The position numbers were made by a program, and so were the translations under genes. A stretch of DNA of 64,000 bases from the human T2T-CHM13v2.0 reference genome, Homo sapiens. The notes beneath the pieces were generated by a model. It was given only the letters and a program-made list of their open reading frames with translations. It was not told the DNA's origin and did not search any database. Positions 1 through 15,420 of the stretch are shown in pieces. The DNA lies in the NCBI RefSeq assembly GCF_009914755.1, contig NC_060929.1. The stretch is one strand, 5' to 3'. Numbering within the stretch: position 1 is the stretch's first letter; every line of letters begins with the position of its first letter.

Positions 1-1480
1 TCAGTCATCTTATACTGAAAGATCACCTCCAATGACCAAGTAAAACAATTTTTCAGTTACAGGACATAAAAACCAGGCCTCTTGTTTTCCCATTTTTCAA
101 AGTCCTTATTAATATCTGTAAATCAATGGGGACATTTTCAAAAGGGATTAGCTCTCTTTAATATTTAAGCTCCCTACCTGTGATTCATATTCGGTCAAAA
201 AGAACAGAAATATTAATCCATGAATATCTGGAGGGAGGCTCTGGACACCTAGTCTTCAGTTTATGTAATGAAAACAGAGAAGAGATTCAAAGTAAAGTCT
301 CCAGAAGAGATAAACACCAGAAGGGAGTAACATCTGTGGGCTGCATTTGTGTAGACCCTTAAGCCAAGTCACTAACCCTATAATAGAGAATCTGGCCTCT
401 TTCCCCAGTAATAGCAGAGATCATTCTCCATTCCTTCTCCTGTACCATCCCTAGACCATAGGAAGGTCTGCTGATTCAAGACCCAGCAGAAAGAAGAAAA
501 CAATGCTGCTTCTTAAAACATAGGTTCTTCAATTCTATCCCTCCCATCTCTAATTGGTCATGATGGGAACTCACAAAATAAACCTGATGAACTGAAAAGT
601 AAGCAGAAAGACAAAAAGGGAGGGAGGGGGAGAAAAAACCATTCCTATTTATGAGGCTGCAGCACAAAGCACTGATAGCGACAGGAGGAATTTCCGCCAG
701 CCAGAGGCCCCATTCCAAAGTCTCATGTCTGAGTAAGCATGGGTCTTACCAGGCAACCCCCAAAGGTCAGAGGTCAGAGAGAATTCCTCATCCTGGGGGG
801 CAGAGTCAGGGGATAAGCAGAACATTTATTTCCCTCCCCCTGGTGAGGGACAACAAACCCTGACACACAGGCATCCTGCAACTCAAATCAGTGATTTCTG
901 CCAGTGAGCCACAAAGTTCCGGATCAGGAAACAAGGCAAGAAGCCTCACTGGGCAAGTTTTCCCACACAGCTCTGCCAGTAGATTTCATTCCTCAGCTAC
1001 ATCACCCCAGGCTTTAGACAGCATTCAAGAACAAGAGGGCAGAAACGGTCACATTCTTTGATTGTATGGAAAAGGAACCAGCAGAATTTTCCATCTGGGC
1101 CAAGAACTGAACTGCACTTAAAAGAGTAACGTGGTATGAGGCATGTCCCCTCTCTCAATGGAGGCACCATCAGATGGCACACATTTTAAATGTCACTAAT
1201 CCTCATTTGTAGCATTCACACAGCTAAACAGAGAGAATGCTTAATCCTTGCATTTCTGGAAATTAGAATCTAAGGAAGTTTAACAAGTTCAAATTATTAT
1301 AACAGCATATCCTAGGACAAATTGATTCCTTGCTGGTTAGAAGCTGGAAAGCTATTCCAAAGCTCCATGGTGTCCTACATGTTAAAAGAAGGAAGATTAA
1401 ATTTCTTTTTGGAGCAGACATTCTATTTGTTCTGGTGATTAAAATAAAAATTGTCTTCATCTCGATGTAAAGGTGGTTAA

Positions 1481-1940
<460 letters not shown>

Positions 1941-2384
1941 ATAATTGTGTCTTCTTGAGAAGGCCTCCCAACTTGTATTCCAGCACAAACAGTTCTTCAC
2001 TGGAGATAGAAGCAAAACCTGAATGATTTCGAGAAATAGACACAGACTTATTCTTCACCTTGAATCAAAGGAGAGACTGGATAGAGAATTGGTCAGGACC
2101 TGCTGTAGCTCAGTGGAAAAGGATCTGTTGAATAATACACACACATCCCCCGCAAAACCTCCCTGCACTGCTGTTTGAGACTAAATAACTCAGGCTTTGG
2201 AAAACATGCTGGTGATGGACTATTGTGTCCTGGGTGATTGTCATCTGGGAACATAAAGCTGGGCCAAATCCTATGGGTAAGGGGCTATATGACTCTTATA
2301 GTCACACATATTTGTGCAAATTGCAAGAAGTCATGCAGGGAAGGCAGGTGAAATTGTAAAAGGTAGCCCCTCCAGAAAAAGTGG

Positions 2385-2505
2385 CAGCCAGTGGGATGAT
2401 TTGCACCTTTAATCCCAGCCATTTGGGAGGCTGAGGTAGGAGGATCACTTGAGCCCAAGAGTTCAAGTCCAACCTGGGCAACATAGTGAGACCCCATCTC
2501 TAAAT
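2385..2505 (+). mobile_element. Alu left monomer (FLAM-like)
   Basis: aatcccagc..tttgggaggctgagg..gagcccaagagttcaag..gagaccccatctcta with no right arm. Confidence 0.8.
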
Positions 2506-2519
2506 TTTAAAGGATTTCT

Positions 2520-3510
2520 CAAAAAAAAAAAGCATACAAGTAGCAAATACGTATATGAAAAGGTGGAAAACTTCACTAAATATCTGGGAAATGCATATCA
2601 AAACCACTAGATATAGCCCTGCACCTGTCAGAATGGCTATTATAAAAAAGACCAGGGATAACAAGTTTGGCCATGATGCGAAGAAAAGAAAACCCTTGTA
2701 TCCTGCTGGTGGGAATGTAGATTGGTACAGCCATTACAGAAAACAGTGTGAAAATTCCTCAAAAACTAAAAGTAAATTACCATATGATTCAGCAATTCCA
2801 CTTTTGGGTATATACCCAAAGGAATTGAAATCACTGTCTTCAAGAGATAGCTGCAATCTCACGTTTATGGCAGCACTATCCACAATAGCCAAGATATGGA
2901 AACAGCCTAAATGTCCACTGACAGACAAATGGATAAAGAAATTCAATACATGTACACGTGTGTATATGTGTGATAAAATATTACACAGCCTTTAAAACGA
3001 AAGAAAACCTGTCATGTGTGACAACATAGGTGGACCTGGAGAATGCCACGTTAAGTGAAGTAAGGCAGCTGCAGAAAGACAAATACGGCATGATCTCACT
3101 TATATGTGGAACCAAAATAGTCAAACTCACAGAGGCAGAGAGTAGAATGGTGGTTGCCAGAGCCTGGGGGAAGCGGGAAATGGGGAGATGTTGCACAAAG
3201 GGTACAGAGTTTCAGTTATGTAAGATGATTAATTTCTAGAGATCTAATGTAAAACAATGTGACTGTTGTTAACAATACTGAAGTGTATACTTGAAATTTG
3301 CTAAGAGGGTAGATTTTAAGTGCTCTCATCACAAAAAAAAAAAAGAAAATGGTAAAATGGTAATTAATATGAGGTGATGAATATGCTGATTCACTTGACT
3401 GTGGTTATTATTACATATATATGTATAACAGATCACCAAGTTGTACATCTTAAATATACACAATTTTTGTTTGTCAATTATACATCAGTAAGGCTGGAAA
3501 AGAAAAAAAA
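2520..3510 (+). mobile_element. Old L1 3' end (L1MA9/L1MB-like)
   Basis: ORF2 C-terminal remnant (LPYDSAIPLLGIYPKE), 3'UTR and A tail. Confidence 0.85.
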
Positions 3511-3619
3511 CTGAAGCTCCAAAGCAAAGGGAATTTGATAAGTTCAGTTAGAACTGAAACCTCTCTTATGTTCCTTGAGAAACACACAAAAAATTGGAAT
3601 TATATTTACTTCTGCCTCT

Positions 3620-4592
<973 letters not shown>

Positions 4593-4619
4593 GAAATTGC
4601 CAACAACAAAAAAAACTTG

Positions 4620-7600
4620 AGACCTGGTTAAGATGGCCAAATAGGAATGGCTCTGGTCTGCAGCTCCAGTGAGATCAATGCAGAAGGCAGGTGATTTCTT
4701 CATTTCCAACTGAGGCACCCAGCTCATCTCATTGGGACTGGTTAAACAGTGAGTGCAGCCCACAGAAGGCAAGCAGAAGCAGGATGGGGTGTCACCTTAC
4801 CCGGGAAGCACAAGGGGTCAAGGAACTCCCTCCCTTAGCCAAGGGAAGCCGTGAGGGTCTGTGCCTTGAGGAACGGTGCACTCCAGCCCAGATGCTACAC
4901 TTTTCCCATGGTCTTCACAATCCGCAAACCAGGAGATTCCCTCAGGTGCCTATGCCACCAGGGCCCTGGATTTCAAGCGCAAAACTGGGTGGCGGTTTGG
5001 GCAGACACTGAGCTCACGGCAGGAGTTTTTTCATACCCCAGTGGCACCTGGAATGCCAGCAAGAAAGAACTGTTCACTTCCCTGGAAAGGGGGCTAAAGC
5101 CAGGGAGCCAAGTGGTCTAGCTCCCCAGATCCCATCCCCACAGAGCCCAACAAGCTAAGATCCACTGGCTTGAAATTCTCGCTGCCAGCACAGCAGTCTG
5201 AAGTTGATCCGGGATGGACTAGCTTGGTGGGGGGAGGGGCATCCACCATCACTAAAGCTTGAGTAGGTGGTTTTCCCCTCACAGTGTAAACAAAGCTGCC
5301 AGGAAGATCAAACTGGGCGGAGCCCACCGCAGCTCAGCAATGCCACTGTAGCTAGACTGCCTGTCTAGATTCCTCCTCTCTAAGCAGGGCATCTCTGAAA
5401 GAAAGGCAGCAGCTCCAGTCAGGGGCTTATAGATATAACTCCCATCTCCCTGGGACAGAGCATTTGGGTGAAGGGGTGGCTGTGGGCACACCTTCAGCAG
5501 ACTTAAACATTCCTGCCTGCTGGCTCTGAAGAGAGCAGTGGATCTCCCAGCACAGTGCTCAAGCTCTGCTAAGGGACAGACTGCCTCCTCAAGTGACTCT
5601 CTAACCCCCATGCCTCCTGACTGGGAAACACCTCCCAGCAGGGGTCGACAGACACCTCATACAGCAGAGCTCCAGGTGGCATCTCGTGGGTGCCCCTCTG
5701 GGACAAAGCTTCCAGAGGAAGGAACAGGTAACAATCTTTGCTGTTCTGCAGCCTCTGCTACTAATATCCAGGCAAACAAGGTCTGGAGTGGACCTCCAGC
5801 AAACTGCAGCAGACCTGCAGAAGAGGGGCCTGACTGTTGGAAGGAAAACTAACCAACACAAAGGAATAGCATCAACATCAACAAAAAGGTCATCCAAACA
5901 AAAACCCCATCCAAATGTCACCAACATCAAAGACCAAAGGTCGATAAATCCACAAACGTGAGGAAAAACCAGCACAAAAAGGCTGAAAATTCCAAAAACC
6001 AGAATGCCTCTTCTCCTCCAAAGGATCACAACTCCTTGCCAGCAAGGGAAGAAAACTGGATGGAGAACGACTTTGATGAATTGACAAAAGTAGGCTTCAG
6101 AAGTTAGGTAATAACAAACTCCTCTGAGCTAAAGGAGCATGTTCTAACCCAATGCAAGGAAGCTAAGAACCTTAAAAAAAGGTTAGAGGAATTGCTAACT
6201 AGAATAACCAGTTTAAAGAAGAACATAAATGACCTGATGGAGCTGAAAAACACAGCACAAGAACTTCGTGAAGCATACACAAGTATCAATAACCAAATCA
6301 ATCAAGTGGAAGAAAGGATATCAGAGATTGAAGATCAACTTAATGAATAAAGTGTGAAGACAAGATGAGAGAAAAAAAGAATGGAAAAGAATGAACAAAG
6401 CCTCCAAGAAATATGAGACTATGTAGAAAGACCAAACCTGTGTTTGATTGGTGTATCTGAAAGTGTCGAGGAGAATGGAACCAAGTTGGAAAACACACTT
6501 CAGGATACTATCCAGGAGAATATCCCCAGCCTAGCAACACAGGCCAACATTCAAATTCAGGAAATACAGGGAATACCACAAAGATACTCCTTGAAAAGAG
6601 CAATCTCAAGACACATAATTATCAGATTCACCAAGGTTGAAATGAAGTTTCAATCTTCATTTTAACCTTAATAAAGTTAAGTGCAGCCAGAGAGAAAGGT
6701 CCGGTTACCCACAAAAGGAAGCCCATCAGACTAACAGTGGATCTCTCTGCAGAAACCCTATAAGCCAGAAGAGTGGGGGCCGATATTCAACATTCTTAAA
6801 GAAAAGAATTTTCAGCCTAGAATTTCATATTCAGCCAAACTAAGCTTCATAAGCAAAGGAGAAATAAAATCCTTTACACACAAGCAAATGCTGAGAGATT
6901 TTGTCACCACCAGGCCTGGCTTACAAGAGCTCCTGAAGGAAACACTAAATATGGAAAGGAAAAACCGGTGTCAGCCACAGCAAAAACATACCAAATTGTA
7001 AAGACCATCAACACTATGAAGAAACTGCATCAACTAACAGCCAAAATAATCAGCTAACGCCATAATGACAGAATCAAATTCACACATAACAATATTAACT
7101 TAAAGGTAAGTGGGCTAAATGCCACAATTAAAATACACAGACTGGCAAATTGGATAGAGTCAAGACCCATCAATGCGCTGTATTCAGAAGACCAATCTCA
7201 CATGCAAAGACACACATAGGCTCAAAATAAAGGGATGGAGGAATATTTGCCAAGCAAAATGGAAGAAAAAAAGCAGGGTTTGCAATACTAGTTTCTGATA
7301 AAACAGACTTTAAGCCAAAAAAGATCAAAAAAGACAAAGAAGGGCATTACATAATGGTAAAGAGATCAATGCAACAAGAACAGCTAACTACCCTAAATAT
7401 ATATGCACCCAATACAGCAACACCCAGATTCATAAAGCAAGTTCTTAGAGACCTACAAAGAGACTTAGACTCCCACACGATAACATTGGGAGACTTTAAC
7501 ACCCCACTGTCAATATGAGACAGATCAATGAGACAGAAAATTAACAAGGATATTCAGGACTTGAACTCAGCTCTGGACCAAGCAGACCTAATATACATCT

Positions 7601-10600
7601 ACAGAACTCTCCACCCCAAATCAACAGAATACACATTCTTCTTAGCACCATATTGCACTTATTCTAAAATTGACCACATAATTGAAAGTAAAACACTCCT
7701 CAGCAAATGCAAACGAACAGAAATCATAACAAACAGACTCTCAGACCACACTGCAATCAAATTAGAACTCAGGATTATGAAACTCACTCAAAACCTCACA
7801 AGTACATGGAAACTGAATAACTTGCTCCCAAATGACTAATGGGTAAATAACGAAATAAAGGCAGAAATAAAGAACATCTTTGAAACCAATGAGAACAAAG
7901 ACACAACATACCAGAATCTCTGGGACACAGCTAAAGCAGTGTTTAGAGGGAAATATACAGCACTAAATGTTCACAGAAAAAAGAGGAAAAGATCCAAAAT
8001 CGACACACTAACATCACAATTAAAAGAACTAGAGAAGCAAGAACAAACAAATTCAAAACCTAGCAAAAGACAGGAAATAACTAAGATCAGAGCAGAATTG
8101 AAAAAGATAGAGACATGAAAAACCTTTCAAAAAATCAATGAATCCAGGAGCTGATTTTTTGAAAAGATTAACAAAATAGATAGACCACCAGCCAGACTAA
8201 TAAAGAAGAAAATAGGGGAAAATCAAATAGACACAATAGGGGAAAATCAAATAAAAAATGATAAAAGGGATATCACCACTGATCCCACAGAAATACAAAC
8301 TACCATCAGAGAATACCATAAACACTTCTACACAGTAAACTAGAAAATCTAGAAGAAATGGATAAATTCCTGGACACATACACCCTCCCAAGACTAAACC
8401 AGGAAGAAGTCAAATCCCTGAATAGACCAGTAACAAGTTCTGAAATTGAAGCAGTAGTTAATAGCCTACCAATCACAAAAAGCCCAGGACCAGATGGATT
8501 CACAGCCTAATTCTACCAGAGGCACAAAGAGGAGCTGGTAGCACATTTTCTGAAACTATTCCAAACAATTGAAAAAGAGGGAATCCTCCCTAACTCATTT
8601 TATGAGGCCAGCATCACCCTGATACCAAAACCTGGCAGAAACACAACAAAAAAAGAAAATTTCAGGCCAATATCCCTGATGAACATCAAGGCAAAAATCT
8701 TCAATAAAATACTGGAAAACCAAATCCAGAAGCACATCAAAAAGCTTATCCACCAAGATCAAGTCGGCTTCATCCCTGGGATGCAAGGCTGGTTTAACAT
8801 ATGCAATCAATAAATATAATCCATCACATAAACAGAACCAACGACAAAAACCACATGATTATCTCAATAGATACAGAAAAGGCCTTCGATAAAATTCATC
8901 ACCCCTTCATGCTAAAAACACTCAATAAACTAGATGTCGATGAAACGTATCTCAAAATAATAAGAGCTATTTATGAGAAACCCACAGCCAATATCATACT
9001 GAATGGGCAAAAGCTGGAAGCATTCCCTTTGAAAACCGGCACAAGACAAGGATGCCCTCTCTCACCACTCCTATTCAACATAGTATTGGAAGTTCCAGCC
9101 AGGGCAATCAGGCAAGAGAAAGAAATAAAGGGTATTCAAATAGGAAGAGAAAAAGTTAAATTGTCTCTGTTTGCAGATGACATGATTGTATATTTAGAAA
9201 ACCCCATTGTCTCTGTCCAAAATTTCCTTAAGCTGATAAGCAACTTCAGCAAAGACTCAGGTTACAAGATCAATGTGCAAAAATCACAAGCATTCCTATA
9301 CATCCATAATAGGCAAACAGAGAGCCAAATCATGAGTGAACTCCCATTCACAATTGCTACAAAGAGAATAAAATACCTAGGAATCCAACTTACAAGGAAT
9401 GTAAATGACCTCTTCAAAGAGAACCACAAACCACTGCTTAAGGAAATAATGAGGACACAAACAATAACACAAACAAATGGAAAAACATTCCATGTTCATG
9501 AATAGGAAGAATCAATATCGTGAAAATGGCCATACTGACCAAAGTAATTTATAGATTCAATGCTATCCCCAGCAAGTTACCATTGACTTTCTTCACAGAA
9601 TTAGAAAAAACTACTTTAAATTTCATATGAAACTAAAAAAGAGCCCGTAGAGCCAAGACAATCTTAATCAAAAAGAACAAAGCTGGAAGCTTCACACTAC
9701 CTGACTTCAAACTATACTACAAGGCTACACTAACCAAAACAACATAGTACTGGTACCAAAACAGATATATACACCAATGGAATGGAACAGAGGCCTCAGA
9801 AATAATGTCACACATCTACAACCATCTGATCTTTGATGAATCTGAGAGAAACAAGCAATGGAGAAAGGATTCCCTATTTAACAAATGGTGTTGGGAAAAC
9901 TGGCTAGCCATATGCAGAAAACTGAAACTGGACCACTCCCTTACACCTTATACAAAAATTAACTCAAGATGGATTAAAGACTTCAATGTTAGACCTAAAA
10001 CCATAAAAACCCTAGAAGAAAACCTAGGTAATACCACTCAGGACAAATTTACAAGAAAAAAGCAACCCCATCAAAAAGTAGGCAAAGGATATGAACAGAC
10101 ACTTCTCAAAAGAAGACATTTATGCAGCCAACAAACATATGATAAAAAGCTCATCATCACTAGTCATTACAGAAATGCAAATCGAAACCACAATGAGATG
10201 CCATCTCACACCAGTTAGAATGGCCATCATTAAAAAGTCAGGAAACAACAGATGCTGGAGAGGATGTAGAGAAATAGGAATGCTTTCACACCATTGGTGA
10301 GAGTGTAAATTAGTTCAACCATTGTGGAAGACAGTGTGGTGATTCCTCAAGGACCTAGAACCAGAAATACCATTTGACCCAACAATCTGATTACTGGGTA
10401 TATACCCAAAGGATTATAAATCATTGTACTATAAAGACACATGCACATGTATGTTTATTGCAGCACTATTCACCATAGCAAAGACTAGGAACCAACCCAA
10501 ATGCCCATCAATGATAGACTGGATAGAGAAAATGTGGCACATATGCACCATGGAATACAATGCAGCCATAAAAAAAGGATTAGTTCATGTCCTTTGCAGG

Positions 10601-10910
10601 GACATGGATGAAGGTGGAAACCATCATTCTCAGCAAACTAACACAGGAACAGAAAACCAAACACCGCATGTTCTCACTCTTAAGTGGGAGCTGAACAATG
10701 AGAACACATGGACACAGGGAGGGGAACATCACACATCAGGGCCTGTAGGGGGTTAGGGGGCTAGGGAAGGGATAGCATTAGGAGAAATACCTAATGTAGA
10801 TGACAGGTTGATGGGTGCAGCAAACCACCATGGCCCATGTATACCTATGTAACAAACCTGCACATTCTGCACACGTATCCCAGAACTTAAAGTATTAAAT
10901 AAAAAAAAAA
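4620..10910 (+). mobile_element. Near full-length, inactive L1PA7/L1PA8-like LINE-1
   Basis: 5'UTR (aagatggccaaatagg...), ORF1 with mutated start at ~5958, fragmented ORF2 including RT 'LFADDMIVY' (8801-9505), ~200 nt deletion at ~10044, 3'UTR and poly(A). Confidence 0.93.
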
Positions 10911-13530
10911 GATCAGAGCCAGATGAATTCACAGCTTAATTCTATAAGACATTCAAAGAAAAATCAGTGCTAATCCTACTGAAACTATTCCAAAGATTGA
11001 GAAACAGAAAATTTTCTTAAAATCATTCTATGAAACCAGTATCACCCTGATACCAAAACCAGGAAAGGACATAATAATAATAATAAAAAGAACTACAAAC
11101 CAATATCCCTGATGAACACAGATGCAAAAATCCTCAACAAAATACTAGCAAACCAAATCCAACAGTATATCAGAAAGATAATACACCATGATCAAGTGGA
11201 TTTCACCCCAGGGATGTAGGGACGATGGAAGTCAATATATGTGATATATCACATAAACAGAAATAAAAACAAAAACCATATGATCATGTTGATAGATACA
11301 GAAAAAGCATTTGATAAAATCCCGCATTGCTTTATGATAAAAACCCTCAACAAACGAGGCATAGAATGGACATACCTCAAAATAATAAAAGCCATATATG
11401 ACAAACCCACAGTCAATATCATACTGAAGGGGGGGAAGTTTAAAGCATTGCCTCTGAGAAATGGAACAAGACAAGGATGTTCACTTTCACCACTTCCATT
11501 CAACATACTACTGGAAGTCCTAGACAGAGCAATCAGGCAGGAGAAAGAAATAAAGCACATCAGAAAACAGAAAGTCAAACTATTGTTGTTCACTGATGAT
11601 ATGACTGTATAACTAGAAAACCCTAAAGACTCCTTCAAAAGACTCCTAGATTTGATAAACAAATTCAGTAAAGTATCTGGTTATAAAATCAATGTACAAA
11701 TATCAGTAGCATTGCTATACACCAACAACGACCAAGCTGAGAATCAAATCAAGAACTCAATCCCTTTAACAATCGCTACAAAAGCAAAATACCTAGAAAT
11801 ACACATAACCAATGAGATAAAAGAGCTCTACAAGGAGAACTATAAAACACTGCTGAAAGAAATCACAGATGATACAAACAACCAGAAACATATCCCATGC
11901 TCATGGATTAGAAGAATCAATATCATGAAAGTGACCATACTGCAAAAGTAATCTATAGATTCAATGCAATTTCTATCAAAATACCAACATCATTTTTCAC
12001 AGAATTAGAAAACAATCTGAAAATTCATATGGAACCAAAGAAAGAGCCTGAATATCCAAAGCTATCCTAGGCAAAGGTATCACATTACCTCACTTCAAGT
12101 TATACTACAAGGCTATAGATACAAAAAGAGCATGGTACTGTTATAAAAATAGATACATAGGCCAATGGAACTGAATAGAGAACCCAGAAATAAAGCCAAA
12201 TACTTACAGCTCACTGATCTTTGACAAAAAATACAAAAATAAAACTTGGGGAAAGGACATCCTGTTTAATAAATAAATGGTGCTGGGAAAACTCTAGAGC
12301 CACATATAGAAGAATTAAACTGGATCCCCATCTCTCACCTTATACAAAAATCAACTCAAGATGGATCAAAGACTTAAATTTAAGACCTGAAACCATAAAA
12401 GCTGTAGAAGAAACCTAGGAAAAACTCTTATGAACATTGGCCTATGCAAAATATTTATGACTAGGACCCCAAAAGCAAATGCAACAAAACAAAAAATATA
12501 TCAGTAGGATCTAATTAAATTAAATGGCTTCTGCATAGCAAAATAAATAATCATCAGAGTGAATAGAAAACCCACAGAATGAGAGACAATATTTGCTAAC
12601 TATGCATCTAAAAAAGACCAATGTCCAGAATCTACAAGGAACTCAAAAAAATCAGCAAGAAAAAAAGATAACCCCATCTAAAAGTGGGCATATGAAATGA
12701 ACAGACATTACTCAAAAGAAGATAAGTGGCCAATAAACATATGAAAAAATGCTCAACATCACTAATTATCAGAGAAATGAAAATTCAAACTACAATGAGA
12801 TACTATTTTACCCCTGCAAAAGTGGTCATTATTTAAAAGTAAAAAAAAAATAAATAAATAAATGTTGGCATAGGTGTGGTGAAAGATGTGGTGAAAGGCA
12901 ATGCTTATACACTGCTGGTGGGAATGTAAATTAGTAAAACCTCTATGGAAAACAGTATGGAAATTTCCTAAAGAACTAAAAGTAGATCTACCATTTGATC
13001 CAGAAATCCCACTACTGTGTATCTACTCAAAGGAAAAGAAGTCATCATATAAAAAAGACAACTGCATACGTGTGTTTATTGCAGCACAATCCACAATTGC
13101 AAAGACATGGAACCGACCTAAGTGCCCACTGACCAACAAATGGATAAAGAAAATGTGGTATACATACACCATGAAATACTATCCAGCCATAAAAAAGAAG
13201 AAAATAATGTCTTTTGCAGAAACTTGGATGGAGCTAAAAGTCATTATTCTAAGTGAAGTAACTCAGGAATGGAAAACCAAATACTGTATGACCTCACTTA
13301 TAAGTGGAAGCTAAGCTATGGATAATCAAAGGCATATGGAGTGGTATCATGGACTTTGGAGACTCAGAAGTGGGAGGTTGGAAGGGAGATGAGTGATAAA
13401 AAAAACCACATATTGGATGGTGTACACTAGTTGGGTGATGCGTGCACTAAAATCTCAGACTTCAACACTATACAATTCATCTATGTAACCAAAAACTACT
13501 TATACCCCAAAAGCTATTGAAATAAAAATA
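10911..13530 (+). mobile_element. 5'-truncated L1PB3/4-like LINE-1
   Basis: ORF2 RT and C-terminal remnants, L1PB-type 3'UTR ending aagctattgaaataaaa. Its first bases appear to lie at ~4593-4615, left of the inserted L1PA. Confidence 0.85.
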
Positions 13531-13564
13531 CACACACACACACAGCACAAACACACACACACAT
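13529..13564. repeat. (CA)n microsatellite at L1 tail
   Basis: Interrupted cacacaca run. Confidence 0.85.
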
Positions 13565-14604
13565 ATATAAAAAGTTTTTAAACAAAAATTATGCAATGTT
13601 GGGTGTACTGTTATATATATGTCCACAAGTTAAAATTATTAATTGTGATGCACAAATCTTCTAGATTCTTACAGAATTTTTTTATCTGCTTGTTTTATCA
13701 ATTATACTAAGTCAAATGTAATATTAAGTTTGATATGGTTTGGATTTGTGTCCCTGCCCAAATCTCATGTGGAACTGTAATCCCCAGTGTTGGAGGAGGG
13801 GCCTGATGGGAGGTGATTTGGATCATGGGGAAAAATTTTCTCCTTGCTGGTCTCATGATAGGGAGTTGAGTTCTCATGAGATTTGGTATTTAAAAGTGTG
13901 TAGCATCTCTCCCTCCATTCTCTTTCCTCCTCTGGCCGTGTAATATATGCCTCCTTCCTCTTTGGCTTCCACCATGATTGTAAATTTCTTGAGGCCTCCC
14001 CAGCCATGCTTCCTGTACAGCCTATGGAACTGAGTCAATTAAACCTCTTTTCTTTATAAATTACCTAGTCACAGGTAGTTCTTTATAGCACTATGAGAAT
14101 GGACTAATATAGAAAATTGGTACTTAGAAGTGGGTCATTGCTATAAAGATACCTGAAAATGTGGAAGTGACTTTGGAACTGGATAACAGGCAGAGGTTGG
14201 AACAGTTTGGAGGGCTCAGAAGGAGAAAGGAAGATGAGGAAAAGTTTAGAACTTCCAGGAGACTTGTTAAATTGCTGTGACCAAAATGCTGACAGTGATA
14301 TGGACAATCCAGGCTGATAGTGACATAGAAGTCCAGGCTAAGGTGGTCTCAGATGGTGATGAGGAACTTGTTGGGAACTAGAGCAAAGGTCACTTTTGTT
14401 ATACATTAGCAAACAGGTTAGAGGCATCGTGCTCCTGCCCTAGAGATCTATGGGACTTTGAACTTGAGAGTAATGATTTAGAGTATCTGGTGGAATAAAT
14501 TTATAAGGAGCAAAATGTTCAAGATGTGGCCTGGCTGTTTCTAGCAACCTATGCTTATACTGTGAGCAAAGAAATGACTTGGAACTGGAATTTACATTTA
14601 AAAG

Positions 14605-14804
14605 CAAGTTTGTCCAACCCATGGCCCATTGGTCACATGTGGCCCAACACAAATTTCTAAAATGTCTTAAACATTATGACATTTGTTTGCAAAAATTTTT
14701 TAGCTCATCAGCTATCATTAGTGTCAGTGTATTTTATGTGTAGCCCAAGACGATTCTTCTTTTTCCAATGTGGCCCAGAGAAGCCAAAATATTGGACACC
14801 TCTT
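14605..14804 (-). mobile_element. MER30 hAT-Charlie MITE inside MSTA-int
   Basis: Terminal inverted repeats (tgtccaa / ttggaca) and perfect 8-bp TSD tttaaaag (14597-14604, 14805-14812). Confidence 0.9.
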
Positions 14805-15420
14805 TTTAAAAGGAAAGCAGACTGTAAAAGTTTGGAAAACTTGCAGCCCAGCCATGTGGTAGAAAATAAAAACCCACTTTCTGAGGGAGGAATTCAAGCT
14901 AGCTGTAGAAATTTGTGTAAGCAAAGAGAACTGAATGTTAATAGTCAAGACAATGAGGAAAGTGCCTCAAAAGCATTCTAGAGACCTCTGCAGCAGCTGC
15001 TCCATCACAGACCCAGAGATCTAGGAGAAAAGAATGGTTTTGTGGGCCAGGCCCAGGGCACTACTGCCCTGTGCAACCTTGGGACACTGCTCCCTGTGTC
15101 CCAGCCACTCTAGCTCCAGCCATGGCTAAAAGGGTCCCAGACATATGTCAGGCCACTGCTCCAGAGGATGCAAGCTGTAAGCCTCAGTGGCTTCCACGTG
15201 GTGTTATGCCTGCAGGTGCACAGAGGGCAATAGCTGAGGACTGGGGACCTCCACCCAGACTTCAGAGGATGTATGAAAATGCCTGGATGTCCAAGCAGAA
15301 GTCTGCTGCAGGGGTAGAGCCCTCATGGAGATCCTCTGGTAGGGCAATGCAGAGGGGAAATGTGTGGCTGGAACCCTACACAGGGTCCCCACTAGGGCAC
15401 TGACTAGAGGAGCTGTGAGA

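Noticed and set aside
8801-9505. 234-aa reverse transcriptase ORF as a novel RT system or active element
   Set aside because: Fragment of L1 ORF2; the element has many stops, frameshifts, a lost ORF1 start and a deletion.
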